The translations under genes were made by a program, and so were the position numbers. The notes under the pieces were generated by a model. It made no database searches and had not been told where the DNA came from. It was given only the letters and a program-made list of their open reading frames with translations. From NCBI RefSeq assembly GCF_023502345.1, contig NZ_JAMFLX010000021.1, positions 47,139-71,138 of the forward strand: DNA of 24,000 nucleotides, read 5' to 3'. The stretch's first letter is position 1. Each line of letters begins with the position of its first letter. Origin of the DNA: Parendozoicomonas callyspongiae (GTDB lineage: Bacteria; Pseudomonadota; Gammaproteobacteria; Pseudomonadales; Endozoicomonadaceae). Below, in pieces: positions 1 through 8,038 of the stretch.

Positions 1-1304
1 ACTTCGCTGTAATCGCCATTTTCGGCTTTGTTTATGGCGATCTGAAGCAGATGGTTTCGCAAAATATATTTTGGGTTCACCTGTGACATCGACTTAATGA
101 TTTCATCCAGAGAAGACGGTTCCTGTGCTATTCGTTTTTCATACTTGTTCGACCATGAGTTGAACCTGTCCCTGTCGATAAAGAGATCCTGCAAATCAGG
201 CTTTCCCAAAGCACGAAAGAATATTGTGTAGTCAGTTCTTTCGTCATGCATCAGCTGAAAAACTTCATCAAAAAGCTGGCTGTCCCCTTCTTTTGAAGAT
301 GACAGGCCGAACTTGGCCCTGAGAAGAGAAGCGTATTTTTTGGAAAAGAAAGAAGGGTATTGTTTAATCAGATCTTCGGCCTGCTCTTTCCCTTCAAGCA
401 GTGGTAACAGAGCTGAGGCCAGAGCTGAACAGTTCCAGTAGCCAATATCAGGCTGGCGATTGAATGCGTAACGACCATGCCAGTCAGAGTGATTGCAGAT
501 GTGTACGGCATTAAAACCATCAATAAAGCCGAAAGGCCCGTAATCAATGGTATGCCCAAGAATAGACATATTGTCGCTATTCATAACGCCGTGACACCAG
601 CCCACAGCCTGCCATTGAGCAACCATTTCCGCTGTACGTCGGGTTGCTTCAGATAGCAGATTTGCGGCTTTATCATCGGCATCTGTCCATTCAGGAAAGT
701 GTCTTTCGACAACGTAATCAACAAGCTGGGAAAGAGCATCGAGTTGCCTGGTATGGCTGAAGTACTCGAATGTCCCGAAGCGAATATGGCTTTCAGAAAC
801 ACGCAAGAGAGCAGCTCCTGTCTCGACCTGCTCCCGATAAACAGGAGTGTTGCTGTTGATCAGGCATAATGCTCTGGTTGTTGGAATACCCAGTGAGTGA
901 AGTGCTTCTCCGCAGAGATATTCCCTGATGGTAGAACGCAGCACGGCTCGTCCGTCGCCATCACGGGAATAGGGTGTCAGGCCGGCTCCTTTAAGTTGCA
1001 GATCATAGAGAACCCCGTCTGAACCTTCTGTTTCGCCAAGCAAGATTGCCCGGCCATCACCAAGCCTTGGCACATAAACACCAAACTGATGCCCTGAATA
1101 CACCATGGAAACAGGTTGGCCTCCTTCAGGAATCATCTCGCCATTACAAAGCTGGGCTAACTGTTCTTCAGAAAAGTCAGCACAGGAAAGCAGTTGGACA
1201 ATATCCTGGTTCACACTGACCAGCTCCGGGGTATCCAGCGGCTGAGGCTGTACGTGGGATGAGAATGTTGAGCCGAGGTCGGCGTATGTGTGAACCAGCT
1301 TCAT
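1..1304 (-). CDS. selO: Protein adenylyltransferase (AMPylase) SelO/YdiU; about 434 N-terminal codons, with the 3' end of the gene beyond the left edge of the window
   Basis: Hand translation of the minus strand from the ATG at 1304..1302 stays open to position 1. It is absent from the ORF track because there is no stop in the window. The frame was checked at 803 ((1304-803) is divisible by 3). Sequence: MKLVHTYADLGSTFSSHVQPQPLDTPELVSVNQ...SGHQFGVYVPRLGDGRAILLGE...LQLKGAGLTPYSRDGDGRAVLRSTIREYLCGEALHSLGIPTTRAL...RVSESHIRFGTFEYF...WCHGVMNSDNMSILGHTIDYGPFGF...NPKYILRNHLLQIAI. These are hallmark SelO/UPF0061 motifs. Confidence 0.9.
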   Translation of the reverse strand, partial: MKLVHTYADLGSTFSSHVQPQPLDTPELVSVNQDIVQLLSCADFSEEQLAQLCNGEMIPEGGQPVSMVYSGHQFGVYVPRLGDGRAILLGETEGSDGVLYDLQLKGAGLTPYSRDGDGRAVLRSTIREYLCGEALHSLGIPTTRALCLINSNTPVYREQVETGAALLRVSESHIRFGTFEYFSHTRQLDALSQLVDYVVERHFPEWTDADDKAANLLSEATRRTAEMVAQWQAVGWCHGVMNSDNMSILGHTIDYGPFGFIDGFNAVHICNHSDWHGRYAFNRQPDIGYWNCSALASALLPLLEGKEQAEDLIKQYPSFFSKKYASLLRAKFGLSSSKEGDSQLFDEVFQLMHDERTDYTIFFRALGKPDLQDLFIDRDRFNSWSNKYEKRIAQEPSSLDEIIKSMSQVNPKYILRNHLLQIAINKAENGDYSE

Positions 1305-1438
1305 CAGAACTCAGATTGTTGTGCTTTGAGTAATGTTTCTAACACAATCGGCATAAAAAACCCTAAAAATGACTCGGACTTTTATCAACTGCTGCTTTAC
1401 TGAAAAGAGTCAGGAAAAAAGCAAAAAGGATTTTTGTA

Positions 1439-2992
1439 ATGCACCTTGTTCGCCATTTTATAGCTGCCTTTCTGTTTATGTGGGCAGTGCCCGTTCTCTC
1501 GGCCCATTATCATGGTGATGTTGATGCTTACCCACCATGGAAGGGAGGTAAAGGGCTAGGTGAACTGGATCTGGATGTTTCAACAAATAATGAAGAAGCC
1601 CGCCAGCACTTCTTAACTGGGCTGAAGCTAACTCATGTCTATGAGTTCCCAGAGGCAACGTGGAGTTTTCGTGAAGCTCAGCGCCTTGATCCGGCATTTG
1701 CCATGGCCTACTGGGGTGAGATTATGGCCAGCCATATGTTTGTCTGGTACGCCAAGGAGCCGGAGCAGGCTCAGGCCGCCCTGCATCGCATGAAGCAGAA
1801 TGCAGATTTCTCCAGGTTGAATGAGAAAGAAAAGGGTTTAATCAGTGCAGGTCGCTTGCTGGTGGAAGGAAAGAGTATGGGGGCCATGCCATTCGACAAA
1901 GGTTCCCTGCTCAGTCAGTTCCGTGACCAACTGGGAGTTTTGTACAAGCGTTTTCCTGATGATCATGAAATTAAAGTGCTCTACGGGTATTCAGTGTTGG
2001 GAACCCGCCGGGGTGTGCGTGACTTCAAGGTAAACCAAAAAGCCCGCCAGCTCTTTCTGGAAGTGCTTAAAGAGAACTCTGAACATCCGGGTGCTATGCA
2101 TTACCTGATTCATGCCAGCGAGAATGCTGCGGAAGGGTATTGGGCCAGGCAGGCTGCTGAGACATTTGGGGAAATTGTCTCAGCGTCCATTCATGCTTCG
2201 CATATGCCGTCGCACTATTACTATGCCGTGGGAGACTGGGATAAGGTTATTGAGATAAACCGCCATGCCTGGAAACAGTCGAAACAGCGTATTGCAGATA
2301 TAGGGCTCAATGAAGATAACCTTGAATATCACGGTGTAGGCTGGATTTCCTATGGGCTGTTACAGCAGGGGAAATTCAGGGAAGCCAAGGCAGAACTGGA
2401 TGAGCTGTATGAGCTATACCAGAAGAAACCATCAGCTACCAAAATGAAATATCTGCTGTTTGCCCGGGCAGGATATCTGGTAGATAGCCCTTTCGATTCA
2501 AAGGAGTTTGCTGAGATAAGACGAGCTGGAATAGATTTCAAGAACGCTAAGTCATCAGCTGTTGCCGCAAATATTTTCGCGGATGGTTATGCGGCCTGGC
2601 TTTTAAATGACAGCAGCGCTCTGAAGATGGCAGATAAACAATATGACATGTTGATGAAAATGGATTTATCACATCTTGGCCCACCTGATCAGGATGCGGT
2701 GCTGATTATGCAGAAGCTTTTGAAGGCACTGGTTCTGCTGGAAAAAGGTCAGGCATATGCAGCCGAAGTTGTTCTGGCTGATGCCTGTAAGATTGAAGAC
2801 AACATGGTTCATGAACACGGCATTCCGCTGGCAGTAAAACCCGCGAACGAAATGTATGGCGATTTTTTAAGGGAATCCGGTCGGCCAGGTGAAGCTATAT
2901 ACTTTTACAACAAGTCACTTTCCTATCAGCCTGCTCGTCTGAAATCTTTACAGGGCATAGCCCGATCGAAAGATATGCTGAAAGAAATGTAG
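1439..2992 (+). CDS. Secreted/periplasmic TPR-like repeat protein of unknown function
   Basis: 517-aa ORF with AAGGA 8 nt upstream of the ATG. The N-terminus resembles a signal peptide (MHLVRHFIAAFLFMWAVPVLSA|HYHG). It is helical-repeat rich, with conserved-looking His motifs HPGAMHYLIHASE and SIHASHMPSHYYYAVGDWDKVIEINRHAW that I recall from a widespread uncharacterised TPR family. No catalytic assignment is possible. Confidence 0.75.
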   Translation: MHLVRHFIAAFLFMWAVPVLSAHYHGDVDAYPPWKGGKGLGELDLDVSTNNEEARQHFLTGLKLTHVYEFPEATWSFREAQRLDPAFAMAYWGEIMASHMFVWYAKEPEQAQAALHRMKQNADFSRLNEKEKGLISAGRLLVEGKSMGAMPFDKGSLLSQFRDQLGVLYKRFPDDHEIKVLYGYSVLGTRRGVRDFKVNQKARQLFLEVLKENSEHPGAMHYLIHASENAAEGYWARQAAETFGEIVSASIHASHMPSHYYYAVGDWDKVIEINRHAWKQSKQRIADIGLNEDNLEYHGVGWISYGLLQQGKFREAKAELDELYELYQKKPSATKMKYLLFARAGYLVDSPFDSKEFAEIRRAGIDFKNAKSSAVAANIFADGYAAWLLNDSSALKMADKQYDMLMKMDLSHLGPPDQDAVLIMQKLLKALVLLEKGQAYAAEVVLADACKIEDNMVHEHGIPLAVKPANEMYGDFLRESGRPGEAIYFYNKSLSYQPARLKSLQGIARSKDMLKEM

Positions 2993-3007
2993 GGGCAGGA
3001 TTCAACA

Positions 3008-3030
3008 GGCCCGCATTTATTTTGCGGCCT
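3008..3030. terminator. Weak hairpin between convergent genes (possible bidirectional terminator)
   Basis: ggcccgc (3008-3014) / gcggcc (3024-3029) with one bulged C and an 8-9 nt AT loop. The 3' arm lies within the last codons of the minus-strand gene. The flanking T/A runs are poor. Confidence 0.3.
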
Positions 3031-3595
3031 TGTTGACTCTCCACAGAGCATCTTCGTAAGCCCCACCAAAATCAATCCGGGTGATACCCTCGATATCATA
3101 GGTGTCATAACTTGACTCAAAGGAGGCATCCGGATTGATACAGTGCAAGAACAGCAGATCATCATCAACCTTGGATACCTTGCCAATCCAACATACAGAT
3201 GGGTCGGTAATTTCCTGGTGAACTGTGACCAGTGGCGACAGACGGCTGATAGATTTCAGAACCGAAGCCATGGATTCAAGGTTAATAATTCCGGGATGCC
3301 TCGGAGCCTGCTCTTTTAATTCAAGCGCTTTCAAAATAAAACTATGCTGTGGTGCTGGTCTTTCAATATGGCTGATATCGCACCGGCGAATCACTTGGTA
3401 GCCATTGAGAGTGATCTGGTCACTGATAACCTGTAGAAGCAGCAAGTCTTTACTGGCATCCATCAGGATACCGCTGGTCCAGGCTGAATCACCTTCGATT
3501 CTCTGGCGGAAAACCCTGATGCAGGAGTGTAGAGGGAGAAGCTGGCTCGGCTCTCTCGGCTGCTGTGGAACGAGTTCTGTAACATTCTCAGGCAT
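3017..3595 (-). CDS. Hypothetical cytoplasmic protein with an internal tandem duplication, translationally coupled to the upstream MscK-type channel gene
   Basis: The track ORF 3017..3625 (202 aa) starts inside the mscK-like gene with no SD. The internal ATG at 3595..3593 (MPENVTELV...) has GGGAG 6 nt upstream and overlaps the channel stop as ATGCCTGA (stop TGA at 3590..3588). No family was recognised. There are two similar about 45-aa modules (aa 47-89 and 143-186 in 202-aa numbering). Confidence 0.6.
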   Translation of the reverse strand: MPENVTELVPQQPREPSQLLPLHSCIRVFRQRIEGDSAWTSGILMDASKDLLLLQVISDQITLNGYQVIRRCDISHIERPAPQHSFILKALELKEQAPRHPGIINLESMASVLKSISRLSPLVTVHQEITDPSVCWIGKVSKVDDDLLFLHCINPDASFESSYDTYDIEGITRIDFGGAYEDALWRVNKAAK

Positions 3596-6500
3596 GACCT
3601 GCTCCCATATTCCGAAGGAAAACATCTTGTTTCGGGTACGCTATGGAGACTCCGTTTTCCCTGAATAGTTCCAGAATTTTTTCATTTAGCTGGTCTCGGA
3701 CCTGTAAACGGTCATCAACATGAGCAACATGGGTGCGAAGTTCATACTGAAGGGCGCTGTCGCCATACTCCATCAACAGCACCAGTGTTTCGGGTGTGTC
3801 GACGACACGTTCATGGTCTTTGGCAGCCTGGTGCAGAAGTTTGTGTACAAGCTGGGGGTCGGCATCGTGAGAGACATAGAACGGCAGGATTATTCGAACA
3901 ACGGAGTTGGAAAGCGACCAGTTGATCAGCTTCTCACCCATCAGCATTTTGTTGGGGATGATAATTTCCTTATGATCCCAGTCGGTTACAGTCGTGGCTC
4001 GGATACGAATTCTGGTAATGACACCGTTGATCTCACTGTTTGTATCTCCAAGGGTGATGGTGTCACCAATCCTGATCGGCCGCTCAAACAGGATGATCAG
4101 ACCCGCAACAAAGTTGGCCACGATTTCCTGTAGCCCGATACCAATACCGATACCAAGAGCGGCTATCAGCCACTGGAGCTTGGCCCAGCTGGCACCCAAC
4201 AGGGAAAGAGCGGTGATAAACCCGACGCAGCTGATGGTGTAGCTCAAAAGAGTTGTTGCAGCGTAGCTGGAGCCAGCCCTGAGTTTAAGCCGGGACAGAA
4301 CCGTGACTTCCAAAAGACCAGGTAGATTTCGGGCCAGAATAAAACTGGTCACCAGAGTGGTAACACTCAGCAGCAGGTCTGTCAGATGAACCTGGAAGAT
4401 TTCTCCTCCTTCGAGTTCCGGTGCGAATTCCCACAAAATGATGTTATTCAGAACATTCAGCAGGGAGAAAACTTCCCGCCACAGCCAGTAAAGCCCGATA
4501 AACAGACCCACAATCATCAGGGCGTTCAAAAGCCTCAGTGATTGCTGGTTAACAGTGGCAATATCAAGGGTGGGTTCCTCAATATTTTCACCATCCTTGC
4601 TGGCTGCTCTCTTCTTTAATGCCCGGGTGAATGACAGGCGGCGCTCAGCGACTCGCAGGCTTCGGATTACCAGAGCCTGCAACAAGACGGCGGCACCAAC
4701 AAGGTAGAGTGTGCCAGCCAGCTGCTCTTGGAGCTGCAGAGTGGTGTAGTAATATCCGGCTGCAGTCAAAACCAGCTGTGCCAGTGCGATAAGAACAAGT
4801 GCCAGAGTCAGCAGCACATGCAGGAACCGTGATCCGAACAGGCTGCTGGCACCCCTCATAATCTGGAACAGAATCCAGCCCTGGAACAGTGACCCTGCCA
4901 TAAGCAAAGTCATGCCCAAAATATCCTGATTAAGGTCTGTAGGCTGGGATTTGGCCAGAGTCACAGTCAGAAGCAGAGGAACCATAACCATCTTCAGTTT
5001 TAATAACAGGTGCTGAACTTTCCGGCACCTCTGGGGAGGCCAGTGGAAGTGAGTTACGGCAATGTTATGGGGGCGCAATATCTGTATAGCCAGAGAAAGC
5101 AGCAGCCATGCTACCGCTGTCACAATCAGAGCCATACCAAGGTTGGAAACACCATCCGGATTTCCTGTGACTTTTACCAAAGCCACGCCAATGGCTCCCA
5201 TGAGAATAGGCAGAGGCATAACCTGAAGCAGTGCAAGGCCAAGTGCTGTAGGAGTAATCAGCAGAGTGTCGTGGCGGACATTACCCATTTTGCGGGTTAG
5301 CGTACGCTGCAGGGCTACAAATTTGCGCCTTCGAGCCTGTAGGAACAGGCAGAAAGCTACCACCAGCATCGAGACAAACCATTTATCCCTGAGAGTGTCG
5401 GTGAAAGAGAAGAGAATCTCTTCCCAGGGAATAGCAAGCAGCTGCTGCCACAGAGCCTGAGGCAGTTGAACCAACCAGTTCAGCCCAAGAGGCTGGTTAC
5501 TGGCGATCCAGAACAACCGTTCCTCCAGTTTATTGGATAGCTCGTTGCTGTGAGAAGCAAGAGCCTTTTGATCAAGATCCAGGCTGGTGGCTGTTGTCAG
5601 AAGAATACCAAGTTCGCTGGACAGGTCTTCAAGAAGTGTCTGCCTGTCTGTCAGTAATCTAAGTAATTCATCATGGTCCTGTTGTGTGTACTTGACAGTC
5701 TGGCGACTGATCAGTTCCTGAACTTTATTCTCCGGGCTGGTCAGAACCTGCCTCTGCTGATCGTATTTGAATTTCTGAAGACGGGTCTGGGTGATCAGTT
5801 CTTCCACACCATGATCAATGGTGATGCTGGGAAGACTCATCAGGTTTTCCCGCAGCATCCTGGCCAGAATCCGGTTTTCTCCGATCAGAGCTGACTGTTG
5901 TCTGATGCTCAGGGTGATGTTGTCGAGATTATTAAGCTGGCTTCGGACTTTATTACCCTTGGCACTGGACTGGCTGATACGGTCTGATGTTGTCAGAAGC
6001 TGCTGGCTCAGCTCCATGTTCTCAGCTGCTTCAGCCTGCAGCAGCGCGGCCTTTCCTACGCTTGAGCGATTGATGCGGGAAGCCGTTGCCACAGCTTGCT
6101 CGCTGGCCGCTCTGCGTTTGAAGTTGATGATTGTCTGGATCGAAAGAACTTCCTGCTCCAGAAGCTGAGCCTTCTTTAATACCAGGCGCTGCTTCAATGT
6201 TTCAAGATCAAGCAGAGTGCTGCTGTCCCGAATCTCAAGGTTCAGGCGGGAGTCCTGAGTTTGCAGAACATTGGCCTCGGCCTGTAGCAGGTTTCGCTGT
6301 TGATCTTTGTGATCCGTAGCTGCAGTGGTGCTTTCCAGAAGGTTAAGTTGAGCCGTGATATCTTTTAAGCGTTCAACGTTTTTGCTGATGATGGCCTGAT
6401 TTGTTTCCGGCCGGGCTCTGGCAATGGTGATCTGGCTGGCCATTCTGGTCAGAAGGTTCTGCTGCTCATTAATTTCTTCGAGGCGGGCGTCAAGCAGCTT

Positions 6501-6860
6501 TCGCAGCTGGTCAACTGGCAGATGCCGGTACTTTTCCAGCAGGGACTTGTCTGATGGGCGGTTTGTCTTATCCAGATTGTCCTGCAGCTTCTCCATATCT
6601 GCCGGAGCTCCAGTGATCTGGTGTTGTAATGCTTCCAGCTGATCCTGTTCCTGAATTGCCTGTTTCAGCAGATTCAGGGTTTTCTGATAAATGTCCGCAA
6701 GCTTTTGCTCCTGTTCATCCAGTGGCCTGTCAGCAGGCTTCATCTGCTCAAGAGCTTTGGCAATAGCTTCCTGGTTGGGAAGACGTGGAGTTGTAGGGTT
6801 GGCTGCAGAAAGAAGACTGCTAAAAGAGAAAGCCAACAGAAACAGAGGCAGAGCGCGCAT
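3588..6860 (-). CDS. mscK: Large mechanosensitive ion channel of the MscK/KefA/MscM type (MscS superfamily)
   Basis: 1090 aa. Signal peptide MRALPLFLLAFSFSSLLSA|ANP. A long Gln/Leu/Glu-rich coiled-coil periplasmic region of about 450 aa is followed by about 10 hydrophobic helices. The C-terminal MscS core carries GIGIGLQEIVANFVAGLIILFERPIRIGDTITLG...GVITRIRIRATTVTDWDHKEIIIPN. Size and layout match E. coli MscK (KefA)/MscM. Which of the two paralog types it belongs to cannot be resolved by eye. Confidence 0.88.
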   Translation of the reverse strand: MRALPLFLLAFSFSSLLSAANPTTPRLPNQEAIAKALEQMKPADRPLDEQEQKLADIYQKTLNLLKQAIQEQDQLEALQHQITGAPADMEKLQDNLDKTNRPSDKSLLEKYRHLPVDQLRKLLDARLEEINEQQNLLTRMASQITIARARPETNQAIISKNVERLKDITAQLNLLESTTAATDHKDQQRNLLQAEANVLQTQDSRLNLEIRDSSTLLDLETLKQRLVLKKAQLLEQEVLSIQTIINFKRRAASEQAVATASRINRSSVGKAALLQAEAAENMELSQQLLTTSDRISQSSAKGNKVRSQLNNLDNITLSIRQQSALIGENRILARMLRENLMSLPSITIDHGVEELITQTRLQKFKYDQQRQVLTSPENKVQELISRQTVKYTQQDHDELLRLLTDRQTLLEDLSSELGILLTTATSLDLDQKALASHSNELSNKLEERLFWIASNQPLGLNWLVQLPQALWQQLLAIPWEEILFSFTDTLRDKWFVSMLVVAFCLFLQARRRKFVALQRTLTRKMGNVRHDTLLITPTALGLALLQVMPLPILMGAIGVALVKVTGNPDGVSNLGMALIVTAVAWLLLSLAIQILRPHNIAVTHFHWPPQRCRKVQHLLLKLKMVMVPLLLTVTLAKSQPTDLNQDILGMTLLMAGSLFQGWILFQIMRGASSLFGSRFLHVLLTLALVLIALAQLVLTAAGYYYTTLQLQEQLAGTLYLVGAAVLLQALVIRSLRVAERRLSFTRALKKRAASKDGENIEEPTLDIATVNQQSLRLLNALMIVGLFIGLYWLWREVFSLLNVLNNIILWEFAPELEGGEIFQVHLTDLLLSVTTLVTSFILARNLPGLLEVTVLSRLKLRAGSSYAATTLLSYTISCVGFITALSLLGASWAKLQWLIAALGIGIGIGLQEIVANFVAGLIILFERPIRIGDTITLGDTNSEINGVITRIRIRATTVTDWDHKEIIIPNKMLMGEKLINWSLSNSVVRIILPFYVSHDADPQLVHKLLHQAAKDHERVVDTPETLVLLMEYGDSALQYELRTHVAHVDDRLQVRDQLNEKILELFRENGVSIAYPKQDVFLRNMGAGHA

Positions 6861-6955
6861 GCTGATCAGACGTCCTTGTCACGGATTCTGGGTACATTAG
6901 TTAAAGTGTAGCGGCAGGCTTTGTCCTCACCAGAGAATTACAATAAGGGAATTGC

Positions 6956-6978
6956 GACCGGAACATTACGTTCCGGTC
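6956..6978 (-). terminator. Hairpin downstream of srkA (possible attenuating or weak terminator before the channel gene)
   Basis: gaccggaac (6956-6964) / gttccggtc (6970-6978), a 9-bp perfect stem with a 5-nt loop, starting 7 nt after the srkA stop on the minus strand. There is no clean U-run after it. Confidence 0.35.
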
Positions 6979-6984
6979 ATATGA

Positions 6985-7974
6985 TCAGAATAAAGTCAGC
7001 GGTTCTTCATCAAGAGCGGCCATTTGCTCTCTTAACTCAAGAACATGATCAGCCCAGTAACGTTCGGAATTAAACCAGGGGAAGGCAATAGGAAATGCCG
7101 GGTCCTTCCAGCGTCGTGCCAGCCATGCGCTGTAATGCATCAGGCGCAAAGTGCGGAAGTATTCAACCAGATTCAGTTCGACTGCGTTGAAATCATGGAA
7201 TTCGTTATAGCCGTCAATTAACTCGGAGAGCTGAGCCATTTTGCTTTGGCGGTCTCCCGAGAGAAACATCCAAAGATCCTGAATAGCAGGGCCGTTGATA
7301 CAGTCATCAAAGTCGACAAAATGAAAAACATCATCCCGGCACAGAATATTGCCCACATGGCAGTCGCCATGGAGGCGGATAATTTTTGGATCGTTCTGCT
7401 GGTCAATACGCTGCAGTTTGTCGATCAAATCCCTTGCCAGGGTTTCGTAAGCGGGGAGCAGGCTGGAGGGAATTACATTATTTTCCAGCAGATAAGTTGA
7501 AGTCTCTATCGCGTATCTCTGCAGTGTGATTTCAGGGCGATAGCTGAATGTATGCAGAGAACCAGCATTATGGATACGCCCCATAAGCTGACCCAGGCTG
7601 AACAGGTGATCCATATTATCCAGCTCTGGCGCATGCCCGCCTTTTCTTTGGTAAAGGCTGAACATAAAACTGCTGTAATCGTGCAGGGTAATTCCGTTTT
7701 TATTGGAAATAGGAGGAACAACGGAAATATCCAAAGCCTCGAGTTCCTGGGCAAACGCATGCTCTTCCAGAATCTGCTCACGGCTCCAGCGGCCGGGCCG
7801 GTAGAACTTCACAATAATGGGGGATTCGTCTTCCAGACCTACCTGGTAAACCCGGTTTTCATAGCTGTTCAGTGCCAGAATGCGGGCATCACTTAAATAG
7901 CCTTGGGATTCAACGGCATCAATGACCAAATCAGGTGTCAAAGATTCATAAGGGTGTTGGTCATTATCTGACAT
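6985..7974 (-). CDS. srkA: Stress response serine/threonine kinase SrkA (YihE/RdoA family)
   Basis: 329 aa. LTPDLVIDAVESQGY...LALNSYENRVYQV...IVKFYRPGRWSREQILEEHAF...RIHNAG...RLHGDCHVGNIL...FVDFDDC..GPAIQDLWM matches the YihE kinase-like fold motifs (HGDxHxGN, DFDD). Confidence 0.9.
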   Translation of the reverse strand: MSDNDQHPYESLTPDLVIDAVESQGYLSDARILALNSYENRVYQVGLEDESPIIVKFYRPGRWSREQILEEHAFAQELEALDISVVPPISNKNGITLHDYSSFMFSLYQRKGGHAPELDNMDHLFSLGQLMGRIHNAGSLHTFSYRPEITLQRYAIETSTYLLENNVIPSSLLPAYETLARDLIDKLQRIDQQNDPKIIRLHGDCHVGNILCRDDVFHFVDFDDCINGPAIQDLWMFLSGDRQSKMAQLSELIDGYNEFHDFNAVELNLVEYFRTLRLMHYSAWLARRWKDPAFPIAFPWFNSERYWADHVLELREQMAALDEEPLTLF

Positions 7975-8038
7975 TGCAGGCTCCAGATTTCAGGTGGATC
8001 TATTGTAGGGAGCCTGCAACCAGTCAGCCATAGCTTTC

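Noticed and set aside
368-802. Track ORFs 368..559 and 581..802 (minus strand)
   Set aside because: These are off-frame relative to the hand-translated selO reading frame, which carries the family motifs across the same nucleotides.
3720-6911. About a dozen 62-137 aa plus-strand ORFs (e.g. 3720..4133, 5818..6168, 6691..6900) antisense to the MscK-type gene
   Set aside because: All lie fully inside a 1090-aa gene with unmistakable MscS-family motifs. Their translations are low-complexity Ser/Arg/Cys/Leu strings typical of the antisense of Gln/Leu/Glu-rich coiled-coil coding sequence. None has a start context.
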